Origin: Clostridiales bacterium
GTDB lineage: Bacteria; Bacillota; Clostridia; Caldicoprobacterales; UBA3941
Reading direction: 5' to 3'
Assembly (NCBI GenBank): GCA_012518075.1
Contig: JAAYTG010000080.1
Span: 23,048 to 87,047, forward strand
DNA: 64,000 nt
Shown here: piece by piece, positions 9,501 through 19,877 of the stretch
How positions within the stretch are numbered: the stretch's first letter is position 1
Layout: the number at the start of each line of letters is the position of its first letter
Made by a program: the position numbers and the translations under genes
Notes under the pieces: generated by a model
What the model was told of the DNA's origin: nothing
What the model saw: the letters and a program-made list of their open reading frames with translations, nothing else
The model's database searches: none

Positions 9501-10195
9501 AAATTTTTGCCATCAGCGATTTGCATCTTCCCGGCCAACAGGACAAGCCCATGGATGTATTTGGAGCCCATTGGAAAAATCATTGGGGAAAAATAAAAGA
9601 AAACTGGATAGAAGCCGTTTCGCCTCAAGATATAGTTTTGATACCAGGTGATATTAGTTGGGCTATGACCCTGGAAGAAGCTTTGGTGGATTTAAATGAT
9701 ATCGCTACTTTACCTGGTAATAAAATTATGATAAAGGGTAATCATGACTATTGGTGGTCATCTATTTCCCGCCTTAGAGATAGGTCCCATCACTCTATCT
9801 ATACTATACAAAACGATAGTATAAGTTTGGAGGATTTCCCTGGTTTGGTATTTTGTGGCACAAGGGGATGGACTGCTCCAGGAGCAAAGGACTTTACAGA
9901 GCATGATCAAAAAATATTTAATAGAGAAGTTAGCCGGCTTAAATTATCCTTAGATGCTGCCAAAGGTGCACCGAGTATTATAGTCTTACTACATTTTCCG
10001 CCCTTTGATGATAAGGGACAGGAAAGTGAAATCTGTCATTTGATTAAACAGTATCCGGTTAAACATGTTGTATTTGGACATCTTCACGGAGATAGTCTTA
10101 AAGGTGTTATAGAAGGCAAGATCAATGGTGTGACATATCATCTAGTATCTTGCGATTATTTGGATTTTATTCCAAAACTAATTGAGAAGTTGTAA
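9497..10195 (+). CDS. Metallophosphoesterase (calcineurin-like)
   Basis: Motifs ISDLHL, GDISW, GNHDYW, GHLHG. ATGA overlap with the upstream adk-like gene. Confidence 0.75.
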   Translation: MKIFAISDLHLPGQQDKPMDVFGAHWKNHWGKIKENWIEAVSPQDIVLIPGDISWAMTLEEALVDLNDIATLPGNKIMIKGNHDYWWSSISRLRDRSHHSIYTIQNDSISLEDFPGLVFCGTRGWTAPGAKDFTEHDQKIFNREVSRLKLSLDAAKGAPSIIVLLHFPPFDDKGQESEICHLIKQYPVKHVVFGHLHGDSLKGVIEGKINGVTYHLVSCDYLDFIPKLIEKL

Positions 10196-10256
10196 ACCCA
10201 ACTTATATATAAGAATAAGATGTAATAAAAAAAGAGTCGAATATAATAGCTTTAAC

Positions 10257-10294
10257 AAATAACACGGCAAAATGCCGTGTTATTTGTAGTTTTT
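10257..10294 (+). terminator. Rho-independent terminator
   Basis: Perfect 13-bp stem AAATAACACGGCA / TGCCGTGTTATTT, 3-nt loop, followed by GTAGTTTTT. Confidence 0.85.
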
Positions 10295-10360
10295 GGGACT
10301 TATTTCCTATTTTCTTTACGACAAATTTTTTTTTGGACATTATAGCAGGAATTTAAAAAA

Positions 10361-10415
10361 AAGTAGAGAATAAGTAATAAAAGTGGTTGAAAGTGGGGGC
10401 AAGTGGTGAGATAAT
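10361..10415 (+). promoter_or_regulatory. dcw promoter overlapped by phased AAGTGG (MraZ-box-like) repeats
   Basis: AAGTGG at 10381, 10391 and 10401 (exact 10-nt phase). Degenerate AAGTAG at 10361 and AAGTAA at 10372. -35 TTGAAA (10387-10392), 17-nt spacer, TGaGATAAT (-10 at 10410-10415). Confidence 0.6.
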
Positions 10416-10435
10416 ATAGAAAAGAGGTGAGGGTT

Positions 10436-10867
10436 GTGTTCATTGGGGAATATAAACATATTCTCGATCCTAAGGGACGGGTGATTATGCCGTCTAAGTT
10501 TCGTGATGACTTGGGTGAGAGATTTGTTGTGACCAAAGGTTTGGACAATTGCTTATTTGTATACCCCCAAACTGAATGGCAAGAGCTAGAACGCAAACTT
10601 CGTACCCTACCACTTACCAGTAAAGATGCAAGAGCATTTACTAGGTTTTTCTTCTCGGGTGCTACTGAATGTGAATTGGATAAACAGGGAAGAATTTTGA
10701 TTCCTTCTAATCTGCGTGAATATGCTGGTCTGACTAAGGACTTGGCTATCATTGGAGTCGCTAGCAGGGTGGAGATTTGGAGCAATGAGAAATGGAATCA
10801 ATACAACGATGATTCCAATTTGGATCATCAGTCCATTGTAGAGAAGATGGCCGAACTGGGAATTTAG
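10436..10867 (+). CDS. mraZ: Transcriptional regulator MraZ
   Basis: [18 protein letters not shown] with two SpoVT/AbrB-like halves. Start moved to GTG 10436, 6 nt after GAGGTG. The track ORF starts at 10427. Confidence 0.9.
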   Translation: MFIGEYKHILDPKGRVIMPSKFRDDLGERFVVTKGLDNCLFVYPQTEWQELERKLRTLPLTSKDARAFTRFFFSGATECELDKQGRILIPSNLREYAGLTKDLAIIGVASRVEIWSNEKWNQYNDDSNLDHQSIVEKMAELGI

Positions 10868-10877
10868 GAGGATATAG

Positions 10878-11810
10878 ATGAACTTTCACCACATTCCTGT
10901 ATTATTTAATGAGACTATAGAACTGCTTGATTGTAAGCCGGGAGACCTTGTTGTCGATGGAACTTTAGGTGGAGGAGGACATGCTGAGGCAATCCTAGAG
11001 AGAATACTTCCTGGAGGCACACTTATAGGAATAGATAGAGATCCAGCTGCATTGACAGCTGCAAGTAAGCGTTTAGACAGATACAAGGGTTCGCTGATAA
11101 CTGTACATGATAACTTTGCCAATCTAGATAGCATATTGGACAAGCTAGGTATTTCGGCTATTGACGGAATGATTATGGATCTTGGAGTCTCGTCGTATCA
11201 ATTGGATAAGGATAGTCGAGGCTTTTCCTACCGGAGCGATGCTCCATTGGACATGAGGATGAACCCTACTCAAACCTTAAATGCACATAAAGTTATCAAT
11301 GAATATGATGAGGGAAAACTAGCTCGTATTATATCAGAATTTGGAGAGGAAAGATGGGCTGCCAGAATAGCAAAATTTATAGTGCGCAACCGCCCAATAA
11401 ACACAACTTATGAGTTAACAGAGACAATAAAGGCTGCTATTCCGGCTGGAGCAAGGCGGCGAGGGCCTCACCCATCCAAAAGAACCTTTCAAGCCATTAG
11501 AATAGAGGTTAATAGGGAGCTTGAGATTTTGGAAGATGCTATAGAGACAGCAAGCAAGATGTTAAGACCAGGGGGAAGGCTTTGTATCATTACCTTTCAC
11601 TCTCTGGAAGATAGGATTGTAAAGAACACCTTCCGTAAGCTTCAAGATCCTTGCATATGTCCGCCGCAATCGCCTATATGTATATGTGGCAAAGAGGCAA
11701 TGGTAGAAATTATTAACCGAAAACCCATTACTCCTTCAGAGGATGAGGTTAAGGAGAATCCACGTTCGCGAAGTGCCAAGCTTAGAGCTTGTCAAAAACT
11801 GAAAGTGTGA
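10878..11810 (+). CDS. rsmH: 16S rRNA m4C1402 methyltransferase RsmH
   Basis: [21 protein letters not shown] and [10 protein letters not shown] motifs. Second gene of the dcw cluster. Confidence 0.9.
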   Translation: MNFHHIPVLFNETIELLDCKPGDLVVDGTLGGGGHAEAILERILPGGTLIGIDRDPAALTAASKRLDRYKGSLITVHDNFANLDSILDKLGISAIDGMIMDLGVSSYQLDKDSRGFSYRSDAPLDMRMNPTQTLNAHKVINEYDEGKLARIISEFGEERWAARIAKFIVRNRPINTTYELTETIKAAIPAGARRRGPHPSKRTFQAIRIEVNRELEILEDAIETASKMLRPGGRLCIITFHSLEDRIVKNTFRKLQDPCICPPQSPICICGKEAMVEIINRKPITPSEDEVKENPRSRSAKLRACQKLKV

Positions 11811-11849
11811 CTAGGTGTTAAACATAAAGAATGAGGGGGCTGAATACAA

Positions 11850-12320
11850 TTGTTAGTAGCACAGAGGCAACAATATGAGGAACCATACTATCCGCAACCA
11901 GTAGAGAGAGAAGAAGCCAAACTTGAGCCAAACCCTAGGGTATTAGCGAAACCAAAGAAAAAGCCTCATAAAAAGGTATTACATCTTGCTATTGTATTAG
12001 TTGGATTTGCACTATGCTCGTATACGGTGGGCAGATTTGCTATGATTGCTGAAAAACAACAGGAGATTTTGGCTTTGGAGCAAGCCTTAGAAAAGCAACA
12101 GACCATTCAAGAGTATATGAAACTGGAGCTAGCTGCTCGTGGGGATCTAAATAGAATAGAAGAATTTGCAAAAAATGATTTGGGTATGGATTATCCTAAC
12201 AAAGAGCAAGTTCTATTTGTAGAGCTTCCAGAAAGAGTTGTAAAGGAAATAGCCGATACTTCGACAGAAGCTGAATCCAAAGATAGTATCTGGAGTAAGA
12301 TTGTTGGCCTTCTAGATTAA
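11850..12320 (+). CDS. ftsL: Cell division protein FtsL
   Basis: TTG start. Basic N-terminus, single TM (LAIVLVGFALCSYTV), then coiled-coil. Position between rsmH and the PBP. Confidence 0.7.
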   Translation: MLVAQRQQYEEPYYPQPVEREEAKLEPNPRVLAKPKKKPHKKVLHLAIVLVGFALCSYTVGRFAMIAEKQQEILALEQALEKQQTIQEYMKLELAARGDLNRIEEFAKNDLGMDYPNKEQVLFVELPERVVKEIADTSTEAESKDSIWSKIVGLLD

Positions 12321-12354
12321 ATAACTTAAATTTATAGAGGAAGGTGATAGAGGT

Positions 12355-14544
12355 ATGACTGTACCCGGCGTTAGCAATAGAAAAAGATTGCTTGTTATGC
12401 TAATATTATTTTCATTAGTCTTTACAGGCCTCATAGGACGGCTGGGATATATTCAGTTAGTATGGGGAAGAGAGCTTCAAGAGAAAGCGACGGGGCAGTG
12501 GACACGAGACCTGGCAGTTTACCCTAAAAGGGGAATGATCAAAGATCGAAATGGTAATATTCTGGCTCAAAGTGGCAGTTCGGAAACTATTGCAGCCCGA
12601 CCTAGTCAGATAGAAGATCCAAAAGGAGTTGCATCGCTTCTAGCACCAATTCTGGAGTTAGATATGGATGAGCTATATGAAAAACTGGCAGATAAAAAGA
12701 GTTCCTTTGTATGGGTAAAAAGACAAGTTTCAAGAGAAGTAGCCAATGAGGTTAGGGTACTGGGTATAAAGGGTATTGATTTTACCGAGGAACCTAAGCG
12801 ATACTACCCCAACCGAGAATTGGCTTCTCATGTATTAGGGTTTACGATGAAATATGCAGAGGGAGAAGACGGTCTAAAAGGTCAGGAAGGTATAGAACTC
12901 TATTATGATAAGTACTTAAAAGGTTTACCGGGGAAGATTATCATGGAAACCGATGCAAGAGGCAGGGAGATGCCAGACAATGTAGATCGATATATACCTC
13001 CCATAGATGGGTTAAATATTGAGCTGACAATCGATCAGGTAATACAGCATTTTTTTGAAAAAGCAGTGGATGATGCCATGGAGAAATACAATGCAAAGAA
13101 GGTATATGCTATTGGAATGGATCCCAAAACCGGGGAAATACTGGCTATGGCAAACAGACCTAACTTCGATCCCAATGATCCACCTAGAGAATTAGGTTAT
13201 GATGGGATGCAGGACTATGTAAAGAACTTTTTAGCCAAGGATAGCATGGATCCCGGATCCACCTTCAAGGTTGTTACAACCGCTGCTGCTCTGGACTCAG
13301 GGATAATGACACTTAACAATACTTTCAACTGTTCCGGTTATAGGGAATTGGAAGGAAGTGAGCGCATTAGATGTCATAAGGCAGGGGGACATGGTCATCA
13401 AACATTTGCGGAAGCTGTAGAGAATTCTTGTAATCCTGCTTTTGTTGACATGGCTCTAGCCTTGGGTAAAGGCAAATTTTATGATTATATAGAAGCTTTC
13501 GGATTTGGCCAAAAGACCGGTATAGATATAAATGGGGAAGCTCAAGGCATCGTTATTCCAAGGGAAGCGGTAAAAAATCTAGACTTGGCTAGAATTGGAT
13601 TTGGTCAATCTATCTCTGTAACCCCTCTACAACTCATAACTGCTACCGCAGCAGCTATAAATGGGGGAAATCTTATGAGACCCTATTTGGCAAAAACTCT
13701 TACAGAAAGCAAGATTGATCCGGTAACCGGTCAGGAATATACCGAAGTAGTAAAGGAAATTGAACCACAGAGGATTCGCCAGGTTATATCAGAGGCAACC
13801 TCTAGAAATGTGGGCAAGATACTTCAGGGTGTTGTAGAAAATGGTAGCGGTTCCAATGCATACATACCTGGATATAGGGTAGGGGGTAAGACGGGAACCG
13901 CTCAGAAATACGGGGAAGACGGTAAGATAGTTCAGGGCAAGCATATAGCATCTTTTGTGGGATTCGCACCTGCAGATGATCCTAAAATAATAGTTTTATT
14001 TGCAGTTGATGAACCCCAAGTGGCTGTGGACTTTGGAAGTGTAGTTGCTGCCCCCTATGTACAGATGATCCTAAAGGATACATTACCCTATTTGGGAGTG
14101 GAGCCCATTTTTGACGAAGAAACAGAGGAATTGAATACCTTGGTAGAGGTGCCTGATTTAATGGGTAAGGAATTAGCAGAGGGATATGCTATACTTGATG
14201 AACTGGGACTTAACTATCTTTCCGAAAGTAGTGGGACTGTAATAAAAGATCAGCTACCTAAGCCGGGTGCCAAAGTCAAAATAAATACTACAGTATTACT
14301 TTATGCACAGCAGCAGTCTACTGAGGATTCCATTGTAGAGCAAGAAGAGGCGGAGGAAGGTAAAGTCCTTGTACCCGATGTCATAAAGAGATCCATAAGA
14401 GAGAGCAACAACATTTTGGTTTCTCAAGGACTAAAACTGAGAATAGAAGGTTCGGGAATAGCTATTGAACAGAACCCACCTGCTGGGAGTCAGGTGGATC
14501 TGGGCACTGAAGTTACAGTTAAGTTTGCCATGCCTGAAGAATAG
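12355..14544 (+). CDS. Class B penicillin-binding protein (FtsI/PBP2B/SpoVD family) with two PASTA domains
   Basis: 729 aa. N-terminal TM, transpeptidase motifs STFK, SCN, KTGTA, and two C-terminal PASTA-like repeats. Confidence 0.9.
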   Translation: MTVPGVSNRKRLLVMLILFSLVFTGLIGRLGYIQLVWGRELQEKATGQWTRDLAVYPKRGMIKDRNGNILAQSGSSETIAARPSQIEDPKGVASLLAPILELDMDELYEKLADKKSSFVWVKRQVSREVANEVRVLGIKGIDFTEEPKRYYPNRELASHVLGFTMKYAEGEDGLKGQEGIELYYDKYLKGLPGKIIMETDARGREMPDNVDRYIPPIDGLNIELTIDQVIQHFFEKAVDDAMEKYNAKKVYAIGMDPKTGEILAMANRPNFDPNDPPRELGYDGMQDYVKNFLAKDSMDPGSTFKVVTTAAALDSGIMTLNNTFNCSGYRELEGSERIRCHKAGGHGHQTFAEAVENSCNPAFVDMALALGKGKFYDYIEAFGFGQKTGIDINGEAQGIVIPREAVKNLDLARIGFGQSISVTPLQLITATAAAINGGNLMRPYLAKTLTESKIDPVTGQEYTEVVKEIEPQRIRQVISEATSRNVGKILQGVVENGSGSNAYIPGYRVGGKTGTAQKYGEDGKIVQGKHIASFVGFAPADDPKIIVLFAVDEPQVAVDFGSVVAAPYVQMILKDTLPYLGVEPIFDEETEELNTLVEVPDLMGKELAEGYAILDELGLNYLSESSGTVIKDQLPKPGAKVKINTTVLLYAQQQSTEDSIVEQEEAEEGKVLVPDVIKRSIRESNNILVSQGLKLRIEGSGIAIEQNPPAGSQVDLGTEVTVKFAMPEE

Positions 14545-14632
14545 TATTGATTTTTATAGGTTTTAACTCTATTATTATAGGGCTATAATTAATATTATAG
14601 CTAGTATTGAATGAAAATAGGATGGGACATAG

Positions 14633-16084
14633 ATGAAGCTAAGAGAGTTACTTAAAGGAATAGATTATATTAAGATTGAAGGATTGCAGGATAGACCAGT
14701 TAATGATCTCCACTATGATTCAAGGAAGGTCACTCCTGGGTCTTTGTTTTTCTGTATCAAAGGTCTTACAGTGGATGGTCATGACTATACTGATCAGGCT
14801 GTATCCAAAGGTGCAAAAACTTTGGTCTTAGAGAGGGATGTAGCTATAGAAGGAGATGTAACCAAAGTCTTTGTACCTAATTCTAGGACTGCTATGGCAT
14901 ATATGGCTAGGAATTATTACAAGAATCCTACCAAGGACATTAAGCTTATTGGAATAACTGGAACAAACGGCAAGACGACCATCACTTACCTAGTGAAGTC
15001 CATACTAGAAAATACGGGTGAAAAAATAGGGCTTATTGGTACCATAAGTAATATGATAGGAGATAAAATTATTCCATCAAGATTTACTACCCCGGAATCC
15101 TTGGATTTGCAAAAGCTGTTGAGGGATATGAGAGATGAAAAAGTAGATAGTATGATTATGGAGGTATCCTCACATTCCTTAAGCTTGGGAAGAGTCGAAA
15201 GCTGTGAGTTTGATATTGGGGTATTTAGCAACCTATCCCAAGACCATCTGGATTTTCATTCTAGTATGGATGAATATCGTGATGCCAAGGCTAGGCTATT
15301 TAGGCAAAGCAAGTTAGCCATAATTAATATTGATGATGAAAATGGGAGATGGATAAAGGAAGGAGTAGCTACTAAGGTCTATACATACGGAATATATAAA
15401 GAGGCGGATATATACGCTAGGGACTTAGTAATAAGCCATAAAGAGGTTACCTTCAATCTCCATACACCCAAGGGTAGTATCCCTATTGAGCTTGGGATAC
15501 CAGGAATCTTTAGCGTATATAATGCATTAGCTGCTGCTAGTGTATGCTATGCTTTGGGCATTTCATTGGAGTCCATTGCACATGGATTGAAGCAGGTAAA
15601 GGCTGTAAATGGTCGCTTTGAGCTCCTGGATACGGGCAGGGACTATTCTGTTATATTAGACTATGCTCATACACCTGATGGTTTGGAGAACATCCTAAAA
15701 ACCGCCAAGGAGTTTACCAAAGCCAGGCTAATAACCCTCTTTGGCTGTGGGGGAGATAGGGACCAGGGAAAGAGGCCAGTAATGGGTGAGATTGCCGGTA
15801 AATATTCCGATCTGTGCATTATCACATCCGATAACCCACGCAGCGAAGAACCTATGGAGATAATTAGGCAGATTCAAGCAGGAGTAGAAAAAACTCCTTG
15901 TCCATATAAGATAATCGAGGATCGTAGGAAAGCCATTGAATATGCTTTACACAATGCCCAAGAAGGCGATGTAGTCATATTGGCCGGCAAGGGCCACGAG
16001 ACCTACCAAATAATAGGTGATAAAACTATACACTTTGACGAAAAAGAAATAGTTTCAGAAATACTGGGAAAGGAGCATATATAG
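14633..16084 (+). CDS. murE: UDP-MurNAc-L-Ala-D-Glu:meso-diaminopimelate ligase MurE
   Basis: GITGTNGKTT P-loop. The DNPR motif (SDNPRSEEP) is typical of mDAP-adding MurE. Confidence 0.9.
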   Translation: MKLRELLKGIDYIKIEGLQDRPVNDLHYDSRKVTPGSLFFCIKGLTVDGHDYTDQAVSKGAKTLVLERDVAIEGDVTKVFVPNSRTAMAYMARNYYKNPTKDIKLIGITGTNGKTTITYLVKSILENTGEKIGLIGTISNMIGDKIIPSRFTTPESLDLQKLLRDMRDEKVDSMIMEVSSHSLSLGRVESCEFDIGVFSNLSQDHLDFHSSMDEYRDAKARLFRQSKLAIINIDDENGRWIKEGVATKVYTYGIYKEADIYARDLVISHKEVTFNLHTPKGSIPIELGIPGIFSVYNALAAASVCYALGISLESIAHGLKQVKAVNGRFELLDTGRDYSVILDYAHTPDGLENILKTAKEFTKARLITLFGCGGDRDQGKRPVMGEIAGKYSDLCIITSDNPRSEEPMEIIRQIQAGVEKTPCPYKIIEDRRKAIEYALHNAQEGDVVILAGKGHETYQIIGDKTIHFDEKEIVSEILGKEHI

Positions 16085-17488
16085 ATGGGATCCTTTACCA
16101 TAAAACAAGTTATTGAAGCAAGCAAAGGACAACTGCTAAATGGGGACCTTAGACAGTGGGATACTATTGTAAAGGGCGTAAGTACCGATACTAGGACCAT
16201 AGAAAAAGGAAATCTTTTCATTCCCTTGGAAGGGGAAAACTTTGATGGGCATAATTTTATAGATAAGGCCATAGAAAAGGGAGCAGGTGCCTTATTAACT
16301 CATAGGGATGATGGGGATTGTTTATACGATATTCCTACTATAAAAGTAGCCGATACTCTGAGAGCCCTCCAGGATCTAGCGGCTTTTCATCGCAGGCGCT
16401 TCTCTATACCTGTAGTTGCTGTAACAGGTAGCAACGGAAAGACGACAAGCAAAGATATGATTGCTTTGGTTCTATCTAAAGGGTACAAGGTTCTTAAAAC
16501 CCAAGGCAACTTAAACAATGAAATAGGCCTACCCCTTACCCTTTTGGGATTAGAGGAAAGCCATCAAGTGGCCGTGGTGGAGATGGGAATGAATCATTTG
16601 GGGGAAATTCAACGGCTGGCCCAAATAGCAAAACCCAATATTGCAGTAATAACCAATATAGGCGTGTCCCATCTTGAAAACCTTGGCAGCAGAGAAAATA
16701 TCCTGAAAGCCAAGCTGGAGATTTTAGATTTTTTCACATCCAAGGATAAGGCAATACTCAATGGGGATGACGAGTTTTTAGGCAAAACAAATAAAAAGTT
16801 TCCATTTGAAGTTGAGTATTATGGTACTGAAGATAGAGCTGATATAAGGGCAACTAATATAGAGATCTTAGGAGAGCAGGGCATTTCCTATGATCTTAAA
16901 ATAGGTCATGAGACATGTCATATGGAGATTCCTGTACCAGGCAAACACAATGTATACAATAGTCTAGCCGCAGCAGCTGTGGGTAATATACTGGGCATAG
17001 AGTTTGGGGATATGGCAGCTGCCTTAAAGACTTTCCGTCCAGGAAGTATGAGGCTTAATATCTTTACAACAGATTCTGGTATTAGAGTTATAGATGATGT
17101 TTACAATGCCAGCCCAGATTCCATGAAGGCTTCCATAGAAATCTTAAAGGACATAGGGGGAGAACGAAAAATTGCTATCCTGGGAGATATGCTAGAGTTA
17201 GGCAATTATTCCCACAAAGGTCATACTGAGGTAGGCCAGGTTGTGGCAGATAAAAAGATTGATCTTCTGCTAACAGTAGGGAGAGATAGCCGATTTATTG
17301 GTATGGGGGCACGGAATTCAGGAATGAGTGATAAGAATATAATACACCTGGATTGCAATAAAGATCTGATGAAATATTTAGGTACAATACTGAATTTAGG
17401 CGATACAATACTAGTAAAAGGTTCAAGAAGCATGAAATTAGAAGAGGTAGTAGAATACTTAAGAGTTTGGGCAAAGAGGCAATCATAG
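16085..17488 (+). CDS. murF: UDP-MurNAc-tripeptide:D-Ala-D-Ala ligase MurF
   Basis: VTGSNGKTT P-loop, 467 aa. Starts directly after the murE stop. Confidence 0.9.
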   Translation: MGSFTIKQVIEASKGQLLNGDLRQWDTIVKGVSTDTRTIEKGNLFIPLEGENFDGHNFIDKAIEKGAGALLTHRDDGDCLYDIPTIKVADTLRALQDLAAFHRRRFSIPVVAVTGSNGKTTSKDMIALVLSKGYKVLKTQGNLNNEIGLPLTLLGLEESHQVAVVEMGMNHLGEIQRLAQIAKPNIAVITNIGVSHLENLGSRENILKAKLEILDFFTSKDKAILNGDDEFLGKTNKKFPFEVEYYGTEDRADIRATNIEILGEQGISYDLKIGHETCHMEIPVPGKHNVYNSLAAAAVGNILGIEFGDMAAALKTFRPGSMRLNIFTTDSGIRVIDDVYNASPDSMKASIEILKDIGGERKIAILGDMLELGNYSHKGHTEVGQVVADKKIDLLLTVGRDSRFIGMGARNSGMSDKNIIHLDCNKDLMKYLGTILNLGDTILVKGSRSMKLEEVVEYLRVWAKRQS

Positions 17489-17504
17489 GGAGGGAGAAGA
17501 CCCA

Positions 17505-18494
17505 ATGGACAGAATTATCTATTCAGTAATTATATCGTTTATATTTACATTGGCATTAGGCGTTGCCATTATCCCAATGTTAAGGAAATTAAAGCTAGGA
17601 CAAAATATTAGAGATGATGGGCCCAAATCCCATTTCTCCAAGGCTGGAACTCCTACTATGGGAGGAATTATGTTTATTATACCCATAATACTGGTTTCCC
17701 TAGCCCTATCCACTAGGAGCTATGATTATGTTATAGCAGCTGTACTATCTACATTGGCTTTTGGTGCAATTGGCTTTATTGATGATTTTATTAATGTTTA
17801 TAAGAAGCGATCACTAGGGCTTCGGGCTTATCAGAAACTATTAGGGCAGATAATAATATCAGTCTTGTTTGCCTTTTTTGTTTATCGAAATAGTGGGAGT
17901 ACAGTTTATGTTCCCTTTACAGATATACAATGGGATTTAGGATATTTCTATATCCCTATAATAGTTTTTATTATGGTTGGGACTGTTAACAGTGTCAATT
18001 TGACTGATGGTTTGGACGGATTAGCTTCAGGGGTCACTCTTATTGTAGCTAGCACTATGAGTATTATTGCAGCTTTTGCTACCTATGCCATGCAGGAAGA
18101 GGGCCTTATCTATATTGCAGAAAATTATAAGAACCTATCTATATTCGCGGCTGCTATGGCTGGGGGTTGCCTTGGATTTTTGAGGTTTAACACTAATCCT
18201 GCCAAGGTCTTTATGGGAGATACTGGTTCTATGGCTCTGGGTGGTGGGCTAGTTGCAATTATGGTATTGCTGAAGATGCCTTTACTACTGCCTATAATTG
18301 GTGGGGTTTATATGGCAGAGTCCTTATCGGTTATTATTCAGGTAATATCTTTTAAAAGCAGGGGCAAACGTATATTTAGAATGAGCCCCCTTCATCATCA
18401 TTATGAACTAGGAGGCATGCCTGAGACTAGGGTGGTAGCTATGTTTATGATTGCTACAGTCCTACTTTGCCTCATAGGATTATTGGCAGTATAG
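17505..18494 (+). CDS. mraY: Phospho-MurNAc-pentapeptide translocase MraY
   Basis: 10-TM protein with GTPTMGG, NLTDGLDGLA and MGDTGS motifs. Confidence 0.9.
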   Translation: MDRIIYSVIISFIFTLALGVAIIPMLRKLKLGQNIRDDGPKSHFSKAGTPTMGGIMFIIPIILVSLALSTRSYDYVIAAVLSTLAFGAIGFIDDFINVYKKRSLGLRAYQKLLGQIIISVLFAFFVYRNSGSTVYVPFTDIQWDLGYFYIPIIVFIMVGTVNSVNLTDGLDGLASGVTLIVASTMSIIAAFATYAMQEEGLIYIAENYKNLSIFAAAMAGGCLGFLRFNTNPAKVFMGDTGSMALGGGLVAIMVLLKMPLLLPIIGGVYMAESLSVIIQVISFKSRGKRIFRMSPLHHHYELGGMPETRVVAMFMIATVLLCLIGLLAV

Positions 18495-18509
18495 ACAGGG
18501 GGATAAACT

Positions 18510-19877
18510 ATGGATTTCCGAGATAAAACTGTTTTGGTAGTTGGTCTGGCTCGAAGCGGTTTAGCTGCAGCTAAAGTGTTGAAAAGCTTAGGGGCCAGGG
18601 TAATAGCCAATGATATTAAGGACAGATCTCAGTTGGCAGATGTATATATAGAGCTGGATTCTCTAGGTGTTGAGTGGGCTTTGGTAACGAAACCCGATGA
18701 ATACTTGTCCAGCGCTGATTTAATAGTTATAAGCCCCGGGATTTCTATAGATTCTCAATTTGTGCTAAAAGCAAGAGAGATGGGCATCGAGGTTATAAGT
18801 GAGGTAGAATTGGCTTATCGCCTATGTAAGGCACCTATCGTGGCAATTACCGGGACTAACGGAAAAACAACTACTACGGCTTTGGTAGGAGAGATTTTTA
18901 AAGCTTCCAATAGGAAAACGCATGTGGTGGGCAATATAGGCATTCCTTTTATAGGCATTGCTAGCAAGACTCATGAATCTCAAGTTGTGGTTGCTGAAAT
19001 TAGCAGCTTTCAACTAGAGGCTATGCCAACATTTCATCCTAGAGCAGCTGCCATATTAAATGTCTCTGAGGATCATCTAGATAGACACAAGACTATGGAA
19101 AACTATATCAGTTTAAAGGCTGGTATATTAAAAAACTCTGGCCAATCTGATTGGGTAATATTAAATGCAGATGATAATATAAGTTCTAGTTTGGCTAGAG
19201 AAACCAAAGGGCAGGTCTTACTATTTAGCTCGGCTCAAAGATTGAGAAAAGGAGCATGGGTGGAGGATGACTGGATAATTGTAGATTTAGGTCAGGGAAG
19301 AGAAAAGGTATGCAAAACCAAGGATGTTTTTATTCCTGGGCCCCATAATTTGCAAAATGCACTTGCCGCTGCTTTGATAACTAGGGCTATGGGTGTTCCA
19401 GTGGATATTATCGGCCAAGTTCTAAGGGTTTTCCCAGGTGTAGAACACCGCATTGAACTAGTAGATACCATTGACGGAATTACCTTCTACAATGATTCAA
19501 AGGGTACCAATATAGATGCCGCGCTAAAGGCCATAGAATCAATGACATCTCCTACCGTGCTAATTGCAGGAGGATACGATAAAGCAAGTGAATTTGATCC
19601 TCTAATTGACGGATTTGGGGGAATAGTTAGCCATTTAGTGGTACTGGGACAAACATCGGATAAAATAATTAAAGCAGCAAAGGACAAGGCTTTCCAGAAT
19701 GTTTACAAGGTGGACAGTTTGGAAGAAGGTGTGAAAAAAGCCTTCAGTCTTGCACTACCCGATGGGAATGTCCTTCTTTCTCCTGCCTGTGCCAGCTGGG
19801 ATATGTTCAAGGATTTTGAGGAAAGGGGAAGGGTATTCAAAGAGGCTGTAAAGGTTCTCAAGGAGGAGCAAAAATGA
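18510..19877 (+). CDS. murD: UDP-MurNAc-L-Ala:D-Glu ligase MurD
   Basis: N-terminal Rossmann motif GLARSG, ITGTNGKTTT P-loop, 455 aa. Confidence 0.9.
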   Translation: MDFRDKTVLVVGLARSGLAAAKVLKSLGARVIANDIKDRSQLADVYIELDSLGVEWALVTKPDEYLSSADLIVISPGISIDSQFVLKAREMGIEVISEVELAYRLCKAPIVAITGTNGKTTTTALVGEIFKASNRKTHVVGNIGIPFIGIASKTHESQVVVAEISSFQLEAMPTFHPRAAAILNVSEDHLDRHKTMENYISLKAGILKNSGQSDWVILNADDNISSSLARETKGQVLLFSSAQRLRKGAWVEDDWIIVDLGQGREKVCKTKDVFIPGPHNLQNALAAALITRAMGVPVDIIGQVLRVFPGVEHRIELVDTIDGITFYNDSKGTNIDAALKAIESMTSPTVLIAGGYDKASEFDPLIDGFGGIVSHLVVLGQTSDKIIKAAKDKAFQNVYKVDSLEEGVKKAFSLALPDGNVLLSPACASWDMFKDFEERGRVFKEAVKVLKEEQK

